From Gaiellales bacterium (GTDB taxonomy: Bacteria > Actinomycetota > Thermoleophilia > Gaiellales > F1-60-MAGs149): DNA of 64,000 bases. Positions within the stretch are counted from its first letter, which is position 1. Each line of letters opens with the position of its first letter. This document shows, one piece after another, positions 26,758-35,916 of the stretch. The translations under genes were made by a program, and so were the position numbers. Below the pieces are notes generated by a model. It was not told the DNA's origin and did no database searches. It worked only from the letters and a program-made list of their open reading frames with translations. Where the stretch lies: positions 2,547 through 66,546 of the forward strand of contig JBCKBR010000003.1 of NCBI GenBank assembly GCA_038911065.1. Direction: 5' to 3'.

Positions 26758-27809
26758 ATCAGCTGGCGATAGAGTGCGACGTAGTGCTCGGCCGCCGCCG
26801 CCCACGACGCTCCCTCTGCTCGTGCCCGCCCGGCGGCGATCAGCTCGTCGCGACGCATCAAGGCTTCGTCGATCCCAGTGGCAATGCTGCGGACGTCGAA
26901 CGGGTCCACAAGAATCGCGGCATCGCCACACGTCTCCGGTAGCGCGCCGGCACGCGCGGCGACAACGGGCGCGCCTGCTGCAAACGCCTCGAGCACTGGC
27001 AGTCCAGAACCCTCGTGGAGCGATGGAATCGCAACCACGGCGGCATAGTGGTAGAGGCTGCGCAGTGCGCGATCATCGACGCGGCCGAGTCGACGGAGCC
27101 ATTGGACGTTGGGCAGATCGTCGGCTCCCCAACCGTCTGCGCCAACCAGTACGAGTTGCTCGGTCGCGCCCGCATCGTGGCGCCGCTGCATCGCCTCGAC
27201 GAGTCGGCGCAGATTCTTGCGTGGCTCAGGCGTGCCCACAGCCAGCACGTACGGTTCGGCGATCGCGGCCGGATCTGGCGTACCCGCCCAGAACGGGTCG
27301 ACACCGTTACGTACCACGTGGATGCGATCCGCGACGCTCGGAGCGAACGCGCAGACGTCGGCGGCAGTATCCTCCGAGACCGCCACGACTGCATCGGCAG
27401 CAGCGAGTACACGCCGGATGGTGCGCCGTGTGTAGTGCCGATTCCAGCGGTGGAGGGTCTCGGGATAGCGCACAACGGCGAGGTCGTGCACGGTCACGAT
27501 CGTTGGTGGTTGGCCCGACCTGAGCGGCCCGCGTGGCAGCGGTAGATGCAGCACGTCAGCGCCGCGTGCCAGGGCCTCGCGTCGTGCCCCGCGCGGGTAC
27601 CACTCGAGATCAAGACGCAGAGCAAGCGCGCGCCGGGCCGAACTGCCGGGCGTGGGCGAGGAGCCGATGCCGAGTCGCAGTAGATCGACGTCGGTGCGCG
27701 CGTCGAGGGCGCCGGCGAGTTGCAGCGTCGTGCGGGCCACACCGGCCTGGCCGAGGCGCGTCGCCGAAACATCGAGCGCGATCCGCAGGGGACGCGCCGC
27801 TTGGCTCAT
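26754..27809 (-). CDS. Glycosyltransferase family 4
   Basis: 351 aa. VGTPEPRKN and IPSLHEGSGLPVLEAFAAGAPVV. Its ATG overlaps the proA stop (ATGA). Confidence 0.85.
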   Translation of the reverse strand: MSQAARPLRIALDVSATRLGQAGVARTTLQLAGALDARTDVDLLRLGIGSSPTPGSSARRALALRLDLEWYPRGARREALARGADVLHLPLPRGPLRSGQPPTIVTVHDLAVVRYPETLHRWNRHYTRRTIRRVLAAADAVVAVSEDTAADVCAFAPSVADRIHVVRNGVDPFWAGTPDPAAIAEPYVLAVGTPEPRKNLRRLVEAMQRRHDAGATEQLVLVGADGWGADDLPNVQWLRRLGRVDDRALRSLYHYAAVVAIPSLHEGSGLPVLEAFAAGAPVVAARAGALPETCGDAAILVDPFDVRSIATGIDEALMRRDELIAAGRARAEGASWAAAAEHYVALYRQLI

Positions 27810-29047
27810 TCGCGAATCTGGCCCGAGCCGATGACGATGTACTTCGTCGTCGTCAGATCCTCGAGCCCAATCGGGCCACGGACATGCAGGCGCGCCGTCG
27901 AGATGCCGACCTCGGCACCCAGGCCGTACTCGCCACCATCCGTAAAGCGCGTCGAGGCATTGACATACACGCAGGCCGAATCGACGCTGTCGGTAAAGCG
28001 GCGTGCCGCCTGCAGCGAATCAGTCACGATCGCCTCGGAATGTCCCGTCGCATGCTGGTCGATGTGGGCCAGAGCGGCATCGAGATCGTCCACGACGCGG
28101 ATCGCGAGGATCAGGTCGAGGTACTCCGTGTCCCAGTCCGCAGCGGTGGCCGCGACGAGCTCGAGGTCGACAGCAGCACGCGTGCGCTCGCATCCACGCA
28201 ACTCAACGCCGGCATCCTGCAACGCGCTCAGCACGGGCTGGAGTAGGTCGGTGCGGTCGGCGTGCACCAACAGGGTCTCAACGGCGTTGCAGGCGCTCGG
28301 GCGCTGCACCTTCGCATTCAGCACGATGGCGACCGCCATGTCGGCATCCGCATCGCGATCGAGATAGACGTGGCAGTTACCGCCTGCTGCTGCTAGTACT
28401 GGGATGCGGCTGCGCTCGAGGAGGAAGTCCTTGAGCGCCTCGCCACCACGCGGCACGACAATGTCGGCAGTGCTGGCATCGGCGACCAGGTTGCCGAGAT
28501 CCTCACGCGAGCACTCAATCGAGATCACTGCATCCTCGGGCAGCCCCGCCTCGACCAAGCCAGCCCGCACGGCATCGCCGAGTGCGGCATTCGTGTTGCT
28601 CGCAGAGGCAGAGCCGCGCAATAATGCGACGTTGCCCGACTTGATGCAGAGCGCAGCAACATCGACGGTCACGTTTGGGCGTGCCTCGTAGACCACGAGC
28701 ACGCGCCCGATCGGCACACGCACCTTGCTCAGCTCGAGTCCGTTGTGCAGGCGTCGATCGTCGATCACATGCCCAACGGGATCGGGCAGGCGCGCGACAT
28801 CGCGCACAGTTTCCGCCAGTGCCACGAGTCGCTGGTCGTCCAGCGTCAGTCGATCAACGAGCGCCGCAGACGTGCCGTCAAAAACGGCGGCGGCGACATC
28901 GGTGGCATTCGCAGCAAGGATCGCTGCGGCGTGCGCCTCAAGCTGGCGGGCGATCGCCTGCAGCGCAGCATCGCGCAGGTCCGTGTCGACGCTGCGTAGC
29001 GCGCGGGCCGCGATGCGGCCGCGGCTGCTGATGTCTCCGTGCGTCAT
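27806..29047 (-). CDS. proA: Gamma-glutamyl phosphate reductase
   Basis: 413 aa. ALDH-type blocks VYEARPNVTVD, LLRGSASA, ACNAVETLLVH, HIDQHATGHSEAIVT, VYVNASTRFTDGGEYGLGAEVGIST. Confidence 0.92.
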   Translation of the reverse strand: MTHGDISSRGRIAARALRSVDTDLRDAALQAIARQLEAHAAAILAANATDVAAAVFDGTSAALVDRLTLDDQRLVALAETVRDVARLPDPVGHVIDDRRLHNGLELSKVRVPIGRVLVVYEARPNVTVDVAALCIKSGNVALLRGSASASNTNAALGDAVRAGLVEAGLPEDAVISIECSREDLGNLVADASTADIVVPRGGEALKDFLLERSRIPVLAAAGGNCHVYLDRDADADMAVAIVLNAKVQRPSACNAVETLLVHADRTDLLQPVLSALQDAGVELRGCERTRAAVDLELVAATAADWDTEYLDLILAIRVVDDLDAALAHIDQHATGHSEAIVTDSLQAARRFTDSVDSACVYVNASTRFTDGGEYGLGAEVGISTARLHVRGPIGLEDLTTTKYIVIGSGQIRE

Positions 29048-29077
29048 GCACAGAGGATACCCGCTGCGCGGCGACCG

Positions 29078-30160
29078 TTACGTCGTTGGCTCAGAATCGA
29101 CCAGCACGAGTCGATCCCGATGCACGGCGGGATCTGCGCCACGCTTGCCAATCTGGCTCTTCAACTCAGTGTTGCTCAACTCGGCAACGCCGCGTGCAAA
29201 GACGCTGCCACTCGCATCGACCAGTTCCACGCCATCGCCCGCGCTAAAGCGACCCGTCACGCCACGAATGCCGACGGGGAGGAGCGACGCACCCTCCTGT
29301 TCGAGAGCCTTGCGGGCGCCGGGATCGACTTCGATGCGACCCGACGTCGGCAGGCCGTGTCGCAACCAGAGCTTGTACGCGGATGGCGCATCGCCACGCG
29401 CCGGAAAGCGTGTGCCGACTGATTCGCCGGCGACGGCTGCCGCAATCGCGCCGCTACGACCGCCATTGGCGATCACGCAGGCAGTACCGCCAGCCCGAGC
29501 CAGCTCGGCCGCGGCGACCTTCGACTGCATACCGCCACTGCCCCAGGCAGAACCCGTCGCGGTGGTTTCGGTCGCGGCTAGCGCCGAGCGATCGGGTACT
29601 TCGCGCACCAGCGCGGCATCCGGGTGTTTTGGATCGTGCGTGTAGAGCCCTTCCTGGTCGGTTAGCAAGACCAGTAGGCGTGCTCTCAGCAGCACAGCAA
29701 CCTGTGCAGCGAGCGCGTCATTGTCACCGAACGTAATCTCCTGGGTCGCAGTCGAGTCGTTCTCGTTGACGATTGGCGTGATATCCCAGCCGAGCAGTGT
29801 CTCGAGTGTGTGGCGGGCATTGATGTACGACTCGCGACGCTCAAAATCGCCAGCTGCAAGCAGTACCTGGCCTGTCGCGCGGCCCGAGCGCGCAAGCGAG
29901 CGCTGCCACGCCTGCTGGAGCACGGCTTGGCCGACTGCAGCGGCAGCCTGTAACTCGGCGACCGAGCTGGGGCGATCCCCGCGCGCCAGTCGGCCCAGAC
30001 CCAAGGCGATGGCGCCCGATGAGACGACGCAAATCGGATTCGTACGTGCGACCGCCGAGATTTCGTCAGCGATACGGTCGAGTCGACTGCGTCGTAGCCG
30101 GCCGCGCTCATCCACGAGCGTGGAACTACCGAGCTTGATGACGACGGGACGGCGAGGCAC
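29078..30160 (-). CDS. proB: Glutamate 5-kinase with PUA domain
   Basis: 360 aa. VVIKLGSSTLVD N-terminus, FGDNDALAAQVA, GSGGMQSKVAAA, and a C-terminal PUA-like region. Confidence 0.92.
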   Translation of the reverse strand: MPRRPVVIKLGSSTLVDERGRLRRSRLDRIADEISAVARTNPICVVSSGAIALGLGRLARGDRPSSVAELQAAAAVGQAVLQQAWQRSLARSGRATGQVLLAAGDFERRESYINARHTLETLLGWDITPIVNENDSTATQEITFGDNDALAAQVAVLLRARLLVLLTDQEGLYTHDPKHPDAALVREVPDRSALAATETTATGSAWGSGGMQSKVAAAELARAGGTACVIANGGRSGAIAAAVAGESVGTRFPARGDAPSAYKLWLRHGLPTSGRIEVDPGARKALEQEGASLLPVGIRGVTGRFSAGDGVELVDASGSVFARGVAELSNTELKSQIGKRGADPAVHRDRLVLVDSEPTT

Positions 30161-30162
30161 CG

Positions 30163-30459
30163 CTATCGCAGCGGCCGGTCCCGACCGGCGAGCTTCCGCA
30201 CCGTGTCGGCATCCTCGCCGTGGCAGATCAGCTCGTAGATCGTCTTATCGCTCTTGAGTGTCTTTCGCGTTGTCAACCTGCCGACAATCAGGCCCATGCG
30301 CTGGCAGAACGTCAACAGACGATCGCGGTCAACGCAGAGGAGACGCCAGACCTCTTCTTGCAGGTGTCGATCAAAGTCTGGCGCCATACCGACCTCGCCC
30401 GTCAAGGCGACGTCTATCGCCGCGCGATACATCGCTGCTGCATCATCGATTTCTGTCAT
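30163..30459 (-). CDS. Hypothetical protein (98 aa) embedded in the proBA operon
   Basis: ATG overlaps the upstream aminotransferase stop. Its own stop is 2 nt before the proB start. Third codon positions are mostly G/C in this frame. No family recognised. Confidence 0.5.
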   Translation of the reverse strand: MTEIDDAAAMYRAAIDVALTGEVGMAPDFDRHLQEEVWRLLCVDRDRLLTFCQRMGLIVGRLTTRKTLKSDKTIYELICHGEDADTVRKLAGRDRPLR

Positions 30460-31766
30460 GCGGCTCCAATCGCGTCAGACAATCGATCCAGGATCAGATC
30501 GATGTCAGTAGAGGTGATGTTAAGGGGAGGTGCCAAGAGCACCGATTCGATCACTCGAGAACCGAGTGCTGTCGGACAGGAGTAGATCATCAACTGCTGG
30601 TCGCGGGCGGCGGCAGCCACGCGAGCGGCGGCGCCGGGACGCGGTTCGAGTCTTTCGCAATCCTCGACAAACTCGATGCCTTGCAAGAGACCGAGACCGC
30701 GAACCTGACCGATCTGCGGGTTGCCAGATGCCAGTTGATCGAGGCCTGCGCGCAGGCGATCGCCCATCACCCTAGCATTCGTCAGCAGGTCCTCGTCGCG
30801 AATAATGCGCACCATCTCGGCAGCCACCGCACAGCCGAGTGGATAGCCCGAAAACGTGTGTCCAAGCGGAAAACCATCGGGTGAGGCCATCAACACGTCC
30901 GCGACGACACCTGCCACGAGCATGCCCGAGAACGGCACGACACCACTTGTCACGCCCTTTGCGAAGGTGATCACGTCGGGAGCCACCCCCCACTGTTCGA
31001 TACCGAACCACGTACCAGTCCGACCAAAACCGGTGATCGTTTCGTCGCAGATCATCAGCACGTCGTGGCGCGTACAGAGCTCACGCACCGCTTGCATATA
31101 GCCCGTCGACGGCACAACAGCCGCACCGCTGGCGCCTGTCACCGGTTCGAGAAACACTGCCGCAACCGTCTCGGCGCCGCGTTCCACGATGGCATCCTCG
31201 AGCTCCTTCACTGCAAAAACGGTTTCTTCTGCGTCCGTCCGCCGGGCACGAATGTCCGCATTTGGTGTCTGCGCGACCGCGTTCTTCTCGAGCATCACTT
31301 CGAAGGCAGCGCGCCGCGACGTGCCCGACAACCCGAGTGCGCCCACCGTCGACCCGTGATACGACGGGTAGCGCGAAACAAACTCGACCTTGCGTGGCTG
31401 GTCCTGCAACTGCCAGTAGAGCATGCTCAGGTGCATCGCAGATTCGACGGATTCTGAACCAGACGAGTTGAAGAACGCCCACGACCGCTGCATCGGCGAG
31501 ATCTCGCGCAAGAGTTCGGCCAGTTCGAGCATCGGCTCGTTCGAGAACGAGAAACGGTACGTAAACGTGACCTCGTCGGCCTGCCGTTTGAGTGCGGCAA
31601 TCAGGCGAGGGTGGCAGTGGCCAAGGCTCATCACCATCGCACCACCGCAGGCATCGATGTACTCGCGCCCGTCCGCCGTCCAAATCCGGCAGCCTTGCGC
31701 ACGTACCGCGACCGGGAGTTGCCGCCCCGGCGTGGCAGTCAAGGAGTAGTCCGCGATCGTCGCCAT
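30456..31766 (-). CDS. Class III (omega) aminotransferase, PLP-dependent
   Basis: DGREYIDACGGAMVMSLGH, YPSYHGSTVGALGLSG, LMICDETITGFGRTG, and ITFAKGVTSG containing the PLP Lys. Start taken at ATG 31766 (MATIADY); the ORF opens at 31934. Confidence 0.85.
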   Translation of the reverse strand: MATIADYSLTATPGRQLPVAVRAQGCRIWTADGREYIDACGGAMVMSLGHCHPRLIAALKRQADEVTFTYRFSFSNEPMLELAELLREISPMQRSWAFFNSSGSESVESAMHLSMLYWQLQDQPRKVEFVSRYPSYHGSTVGALGLSGTSRRAAFEVMLEKNAVAQTPNADIRARRTDAEETVFAVKELEDAIVERGAETVAAVFLEPVTGASGAAVVPSTGYMQAVRELCTRHDVLMICDETITGFGRTGTWFGIEQWGVAPDVITFAKGVTSGVVPFSGMLVAGVVADVLMASPDGFPLGHTFSGYPLGCAVAAEMVRIIRDEDLLTNARVMGDRLRAGLDQLASGNPQIGQVRGLGLLQGIEFVEDCERLEPRPGAAARVAAAARDQQLMIYSCPTALGSRVIESVLLAPPLNITSTDIDLILDRLSDAIGAA

Positions 31767-31834
31767 CGTGCTGATAGTGTGCCGCACCCGCCCCAACCCG
31801 TGCGGGGAGGCGTCAGGCACGGCATGATGCGTAT

Positions 31835-32920
31835 GTGGGCACGGGGATTCGACGATCGCGGAGCATACGCGTAGCGGGCTGCCTACTGGCAGTGGCCCTG
31901 CTCGCTGGCTGTGGCTCGTCGGGTGGAGCGACAACGAGCGGAGAGACCGTTGTCGACCCTCTCACCGAGACTGTCCCACCGTCGCGGATCAATGCGGCAC
32001 TCACTCCCGAGACAGGGATGTTTCGGCTCGTCGGCGCACCATCGTTCGCGTTGCGACTTGTTCGCGTTGCTGCCGCTCGCGGATTCATCGGCAGCGAGGG
32101 GCTCAGTCTGCGGATCCGCGAGGTGGCCTCAGTCGAGGCAGTTGCGACGGCATTCGAAACGGGTACAGCCGATGCCGCCGTTGTCTCGTCCGCAGAGGCA
32201 CTCGAACTCGTCGCACAAGGCATCCCCTTACGGATCGTGCTGCTGATGACTTCCTCGGCCTCAGAACTATCGATCCTTAGTACGGAAGCGGTTTCTGATA
32301 TTGCCGGACTCGCAGGACTGCGGGTCGCTGTCACGCCCGGCTCGGAAGCCGATCTGCTGCTGCGCGGCGCGCTCGCAGAGAGCGGCATGGAACCCGGATC
32401 AGTCACGATCGTGCCAACCGTCGGAATCGATCCCGGAGCGATGTTGACTCGCGGAGAGGCTGACGCTGCAGTTGTCTCCGGCCAGCAGGCGACCGCCGCA
32501 CTCCTACGCGACCCGACGCTACGAACACTCTACGCCGCCGGCGACCACCCGGGCTTTATCTCGCAGGTCCTCGTCGTACGCGACAGCATCTTGCACTCCA
32601 AGCCGGGCCAGATCCTCGCGATGGTGCGCTCTTGGCGTGACGTCTACGGCTTCGCCCGCGATCAACGCGACGTCGTAATCGCCGATCTTGCGGCGCACGG
32701 CAAGCAGGATCCTGTCGCGACGACCAGCGACTTCGACGGATTCACGCTCTACGACATCGAGGCCAATGCGGTCGATTTACTGCCGGGCGGCGAGTACTAC
32801 GACGCAACGATCGGCGAGATCGAGGCAGCACTCGTCGAGGCGGGACGCGTCAACGGTCTCGATAATCTCAAGGCGCTCGTCGATGGTGCTTTTGCACAGG
32901 CCGTCGCCAGTGCGCGTTGA
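31835..32920 (+). CDS. ABC-transporter substrate-binding lipoprotein (NMT1/THI5-like, nitrate/sulfonate/taurine type)
   Basis: 361 aa. Signal peptide with lipobox LLAGCGSS. The periplasmic-binding-protein-like pattern is only a general resemblance. Confidence 0.6.
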   Translation: MGTGIRRSRSIRVAGCLLAVALLAGCGSSGGATTSGETVVDPLTETVPPSRINAALTPETGMFRLVGAPSFALRLVRVAAARGFIGSEGLSLRIREVASVEAVATAFETGTADAAVVSSAEALELVAQGIPLRIVLLMTSSASELSILSTEAVSDIAGLAGLRVAVTPGSEADLLLRGALAESGMEPGSVTIVPTVGIDPGAMLTRGEADAAVVSGQQATAALLRDPTLRTLYAAGDHPGFISQVLVVRDSILHSKPGQILAMVRSWRDVYGFARDQRDVVIADLAAHGKQDPVATTSDFDGFTLYDIEANAVDLLPGGEYYDATIGEIEAALVEAGRVNGLDNLKALVDGAFAQAVASAR

Positions 32921-32964
32921 TAGTGCGATGGCTCTCGACGCCGCTTCTGGAGGACCGTTCGCCG

Positions 32965-33585
32965 TCAGTCGATGCGCGCGATGCAGACCTCGCCGTCACT
33001 AATCGAGATCGCCCCACCATCGTCGATCTGTAGCGTGTCCTGTTCGCCCAAGACGTGCTCGTCACCATCAACCTCGATCGTCGCCGACGTGCCGAGCGCG
33101 ATTGCAAAGACAATATGTTCTTCGATGTGCAGCGTGTCGCCAACCTGCAAGATGTCGACGATGGCGGTGGCGCGTGTGCGGTCCCACATCAGGTTGAGAT
33201 TACGACCCGCCTGCGACGCCATCGTCAAACTTGTCGGCACGTCGCCCGCAAAGGCAATCGCCTCGTGCTCGCCCAGCGGCTCGGGTGCCGCCCCCGCGAT
33301 GGTCAACTCGACTCCATCGCCCTCAATCAAGACAAGGATGCGATCGACGTCTGGAATCTCCGAAAATGGACCATCGCCTGCAAGGTCCGCCATCGAAAGG
33401 CGCCAGAGGAACGGCGCCTGCGAGTCTCCAAGCGTGTCGTCAATCGCGATCTGATGCGTTGTCCCCGCGCCATTGCGCCACGGCATCGCCTGATAGTCCG
33501 AATTCGGCAGGTGTGTGACAAGAGCCACTGCGGTAAGTATGCGCACACCGACGGATCCGTGTATCCCATGTACCATCCCCGCCAC
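32965..33585 (-). CDS. HutD/Ves-family protein
   Basis: 206 aa. The LPNSDYQAMPWRNGAGTTHQIAI motif is characteristic of HutD. Start uncertain: ATG 33585, ATG 33576 or GTG 33546. Confidence 0.65.
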   Translation of the reverse strand: MAGMVHGIHGSVGVRILTAVALVTHLPNSDYQAMPWRNGAGTTHQIAIDDTLGDSQAPFLWRLSMADLAGDGPFSEIPDVDRILVLIEGDGVELTIAGAAPEPLGEHEAIAFAGDVPTSLTMASQAGRNLNLMWDRTRATAIVDILQVGDTLHIEEHIVFAIALGTSATIEVDGDEHVLGEQDTLQIDDGGAISISDGEVCIARID

Positions 33586-33599
33586 AGCACAACCTGCCG

Positions 33600-34703
33600 A
33601 TGAACACCCTACCCCGCGTCACTCAAACCCGCCTCCCCTCCGAGGTATTCGACCTGCCGATCGATAAGATCCGCTCGGGCTACTACTCTGACGCGTACTT
33701 CAACTTCACCCAGAAGGTGTTGGAGCGCGAGGATCATCGCCCCCGCGTCCTCGTACAGGTCTTTCAACGCGGCCTGTCCGTACTCGGCGGCGTCGACGAG
33801 GCAATCGCGGTCCTCCGCGAGTGCGCCGGCCTTGTACGCGACGACGGCGACTGGGAATCTGGCTGGGAGAGCCTCAGCGTCCACGCTCTCTACGACGGCG
33901 ACGAGATCGAGCCATGGGAGAGCGTGCTGACGATCGAGGGCGACTACGCCTACTTCTGCCACCTCGAGACGGTCTATCTCGGCAGCCTCGCGCGCCGCAG
34001 TCTCGTCGCGACCAATGTGCGCGAGGTCGTGCAGGCCGCGGCACCGAAACCAATCATGTACTTCCCCGCCCGACACGATCACTATCGCGTGCAGACCGGT
34101 GACGGCTATGCCGCCCACGTCGCCGGCGCGATCGGTGTCTCGACAGACGCGCAGGCCGACTGGTGGGGCGATCGCGGCCTCGGCACGGTGCCGCACGGCC
34201 TGATCGCGACGTACGGTGGCGACACGGTCGCTGCCGCCGAGGCGTTTGCGCGCTGCTCAGACCCCGACCAGAACCTCGTGGTACTCGTCGATTACGACAA
34301 CGATTGCGTGACGACCGCACTCCGTGTCGCCGACGCTCTCGGTCCGCGCCTCTGGGGCGTCCGGCTCGACACTTCCGGAACGATGGTCGACCACTCGCTG
34401 TGGGACAGCATGGGACGTTTCGACCCGCGTGGCGTCAACCCACAACTCGTCTGGAACGTACGCAACGCTCTCGATGCGGCCGGTCATAGCGCCGTGCGCA
34501 TTGTCGTCTCGGGTGGATTTAACGCCGACAAGATTCGCGCCTTCGAGGCCGCTGGCGTTCCGGTCGACTCGTATGGTGTCGGCTCGGCGCTGATTCGCGG
34601 GCAATGCGATTTTACGGCCGATGTCGTCATGGTCGACGGCAAGGCGGGGGGCAAGCGTGGCCGCGACCCACTGCCGAACCCACGCCTCGAGCGCGTCGTC
34701 TAA
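33600..34703 (+). CDS. Nicotinate phosphoribosyltransferase-like (type II PRTase, short archaeal-like form)
   Basis: 367 aa. YYSDAYFNFTQKVL N-terminus and the later block VRIVVSGGFNADKI. Family level only. Confidence 0.7.
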   Translation: MNTLPRVTQTRLPSEVFDLPIDKIRSGYYSDAYFNFTQKVLEREDHRPRVLVQVFQRGLSVLGGVDEAIAVLRECAGLVRDDGDWESGWESLSVHALYDGDEIEPWESVLTIEGDYAYFCHLETVYLGSLARRSLVATNVREVVQAAAPKPIMYFPARHDHYRVQTGDGYAAHVAGAIGVSTDAQADWWGDRGLGTVPHGLIATYGGDTVAAAEAFARCSDPDQNLVVLVDYDNDCVTTALRVADALGPRLWGVRLDTSGTMVDHSLWDSMGRFDPRGVNPQLVWNVRNALDAAGHSAVRIVVSGGFNADKIRAFEAAGVPVDSYGVGSALIRGQCDFTADVVMVDGKAGGKRGRDPLPNPRLERVV

Positions 34704-34728
34704 GCCTCCTCGGATACGATGCCCAACT

Positions 34729-35154
34729 GTGTTCGGCGCACTCGGCATCCATCACCTCGGCATTGCCGTCACGGACCTCGAGGCCGCCGCTGCGCGGTAT
34801 GCACTGCTGATCGGAACTACGATCGATCACGGCCACGACTCCGAGCAGTTGGGCACGCGCGCACTCGCGATCCGCACGCCACAAGGCCCGATGATCGAAC
34901 TCGTCGCTCCGTATCGAGACGACACGCCGGTCGGGCGGTTTATCGCCAAGCGGGGCGAAGGCATGCACCACATCGCCTACGAGGTCACGGACATCGACGC
35001 CGAAGTTGCGAGGCTGCTCGCCGAGGGCGTAGAGATGATTGATGAGGTTCCGCGGGCGGGACTATTTGGTCTACAAGTTGCATTTATTCACCCGGACGCC
35101 GTTCGTGGCGTTCTCCTCGAACTCGTCCAATCCGAAGGGAATCAGCATGGCTGA
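34729..35154 (+). CDS. Methylmalonyl-CoA epimerase (VOC/glyoxalase fold)
   Basis: GIHHLGIAVTDLEAA, GEGMHHIAYEVTDIDAEV, and C-terminal FIHPDAVRGVLLELVQ. Start GTG 34729, after the upstream stop. Confidence 0.8.
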   Translation: MFGALGIHHLGIAVTDLEAAAARYALLIGTTIDHGHDSEQLGTRALAIRTPQGPMIELVAPYRDDTPVGRFIAKRGEGMHHIAYEVTDIDAEVARLLAEGVEMIDEVPRAGLFGLQVAFIHPDAVRGVLLELVQSEGNQHG

Positions 35155-35362
35155 GAGCGTGCGCGTTGAGATCGGTTTTGTCGGTGGGGGCTCAACCTCC
35201 GCGACGTTGTCAGATGCGGCCTGGAAGAAGCTCTTGAAGGCCGTTGAGAAGAGCGATGAGGGTGTCCTCGAACTCGCATCAGAAGCAGGCGACCTGTTCG
35301 TGCGCGCCAACCACGTTGCCTTTATGCGCGTCCAACCGAAAGAGGTTCGTGTCGGCTTCTAG
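35147..35362 (+). CDS. Small conserved hypothetical protein (DUF3107-like, tentative)
   Basis: 71 aa, MAESVRVEIGFVGGGSTSATL...LFVRANHVAFMRV. GAAGGGA lies upstream of the ATG. It overlaps the epimerase stop by 8 nt. Resemblance to actinobacterial DUF3107 proteins is from memory only. Confidence 0.5.
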   Translation: MAESVRVEIGFVGGGSTSATLSDAAWKKLLKAVEKSDEGVLELASEAGDLFVRANHVAFMRVQPKEVRVGF

Positions 35363-35888
35363 TCGCCTCGCCGATGCGGTTACAGCCGCCGACGAGACGC
35401 TGCTCGTGGCGGCTGCTGGTCTGCGGCGCCCCGACCTCGATCGTGGTGTGCGCGCGTACTCGCGCCTTGGCAATCACGGTGTTGGTTGGGTTGTCTTGGG
35501 TGGCGTCGTGTCGCTCGCTCGGCGCGACGTGCGGCCCGTTGTGGCAACGGCTGCAGCTGTCTGGGGAACGCTCGCCGTCAACTATGGCGTCAAACTGGTC
35601 GTCAGGCGCGAGCGACCGAATCTCGACGACGCTCCACAATCTATTAAGCCACCGAGCTCGACGTCGTTTCCTTCGGCGCACGCCGCCATGTCGTCCGCGG
35701 CCGCACTCGCGCTCGGTAATGCCGTCCCGATCGCGCGGGTTCCGCTGCGCATCGCGGCCCTCGCCATGACGTACTCGCGTGTGCATCTCGGCGTGCACCA
35801 CCCGAGCGATGTCGTTGTCGGCTACACCCTCGGAGCGGTGACGGGTCGTATTGCCCGCGCGCTTTATCCGGCGCGGCGGCGCGGCTAA
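35349..35888 (+). CDS. PAP2-family phosphatase (membrane)
   Basis: The three PAP2 motifs KLVVRRERP, PSAHAA and SRVHLGVHHPSD. Start guessed at GTG 35349; the ORF opens at 35244. Confidence 0.8.
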   Translation: MSASSRLADAVTAADETLLVAAAGLRRPDLDRGVRAYSRLGNHGVGWVVLGGVVSLARRDVRPVVATAAAVWGTLAVNYGVKLVVRRERPNLDDAPQSIKPPSSTSFPSAHAAMSSAAALALGNAVPIARVPLRIAALAMTYSRVHLGVHHPSDVVVGYTLGAVTGRIARALYPARRRG

Positions 35889-35916
35889 CCGGCGACCCCG
35901 GATATCGTCACGTCTT

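Noticed and set aside
31767-31934. 56-codon N-terminal extension of the aminotransferase ORF
   Set aside because: The extension would overlap the divergent lipoprotein gene start and has no aminotransferase homology. Homology starts at MATIADY.
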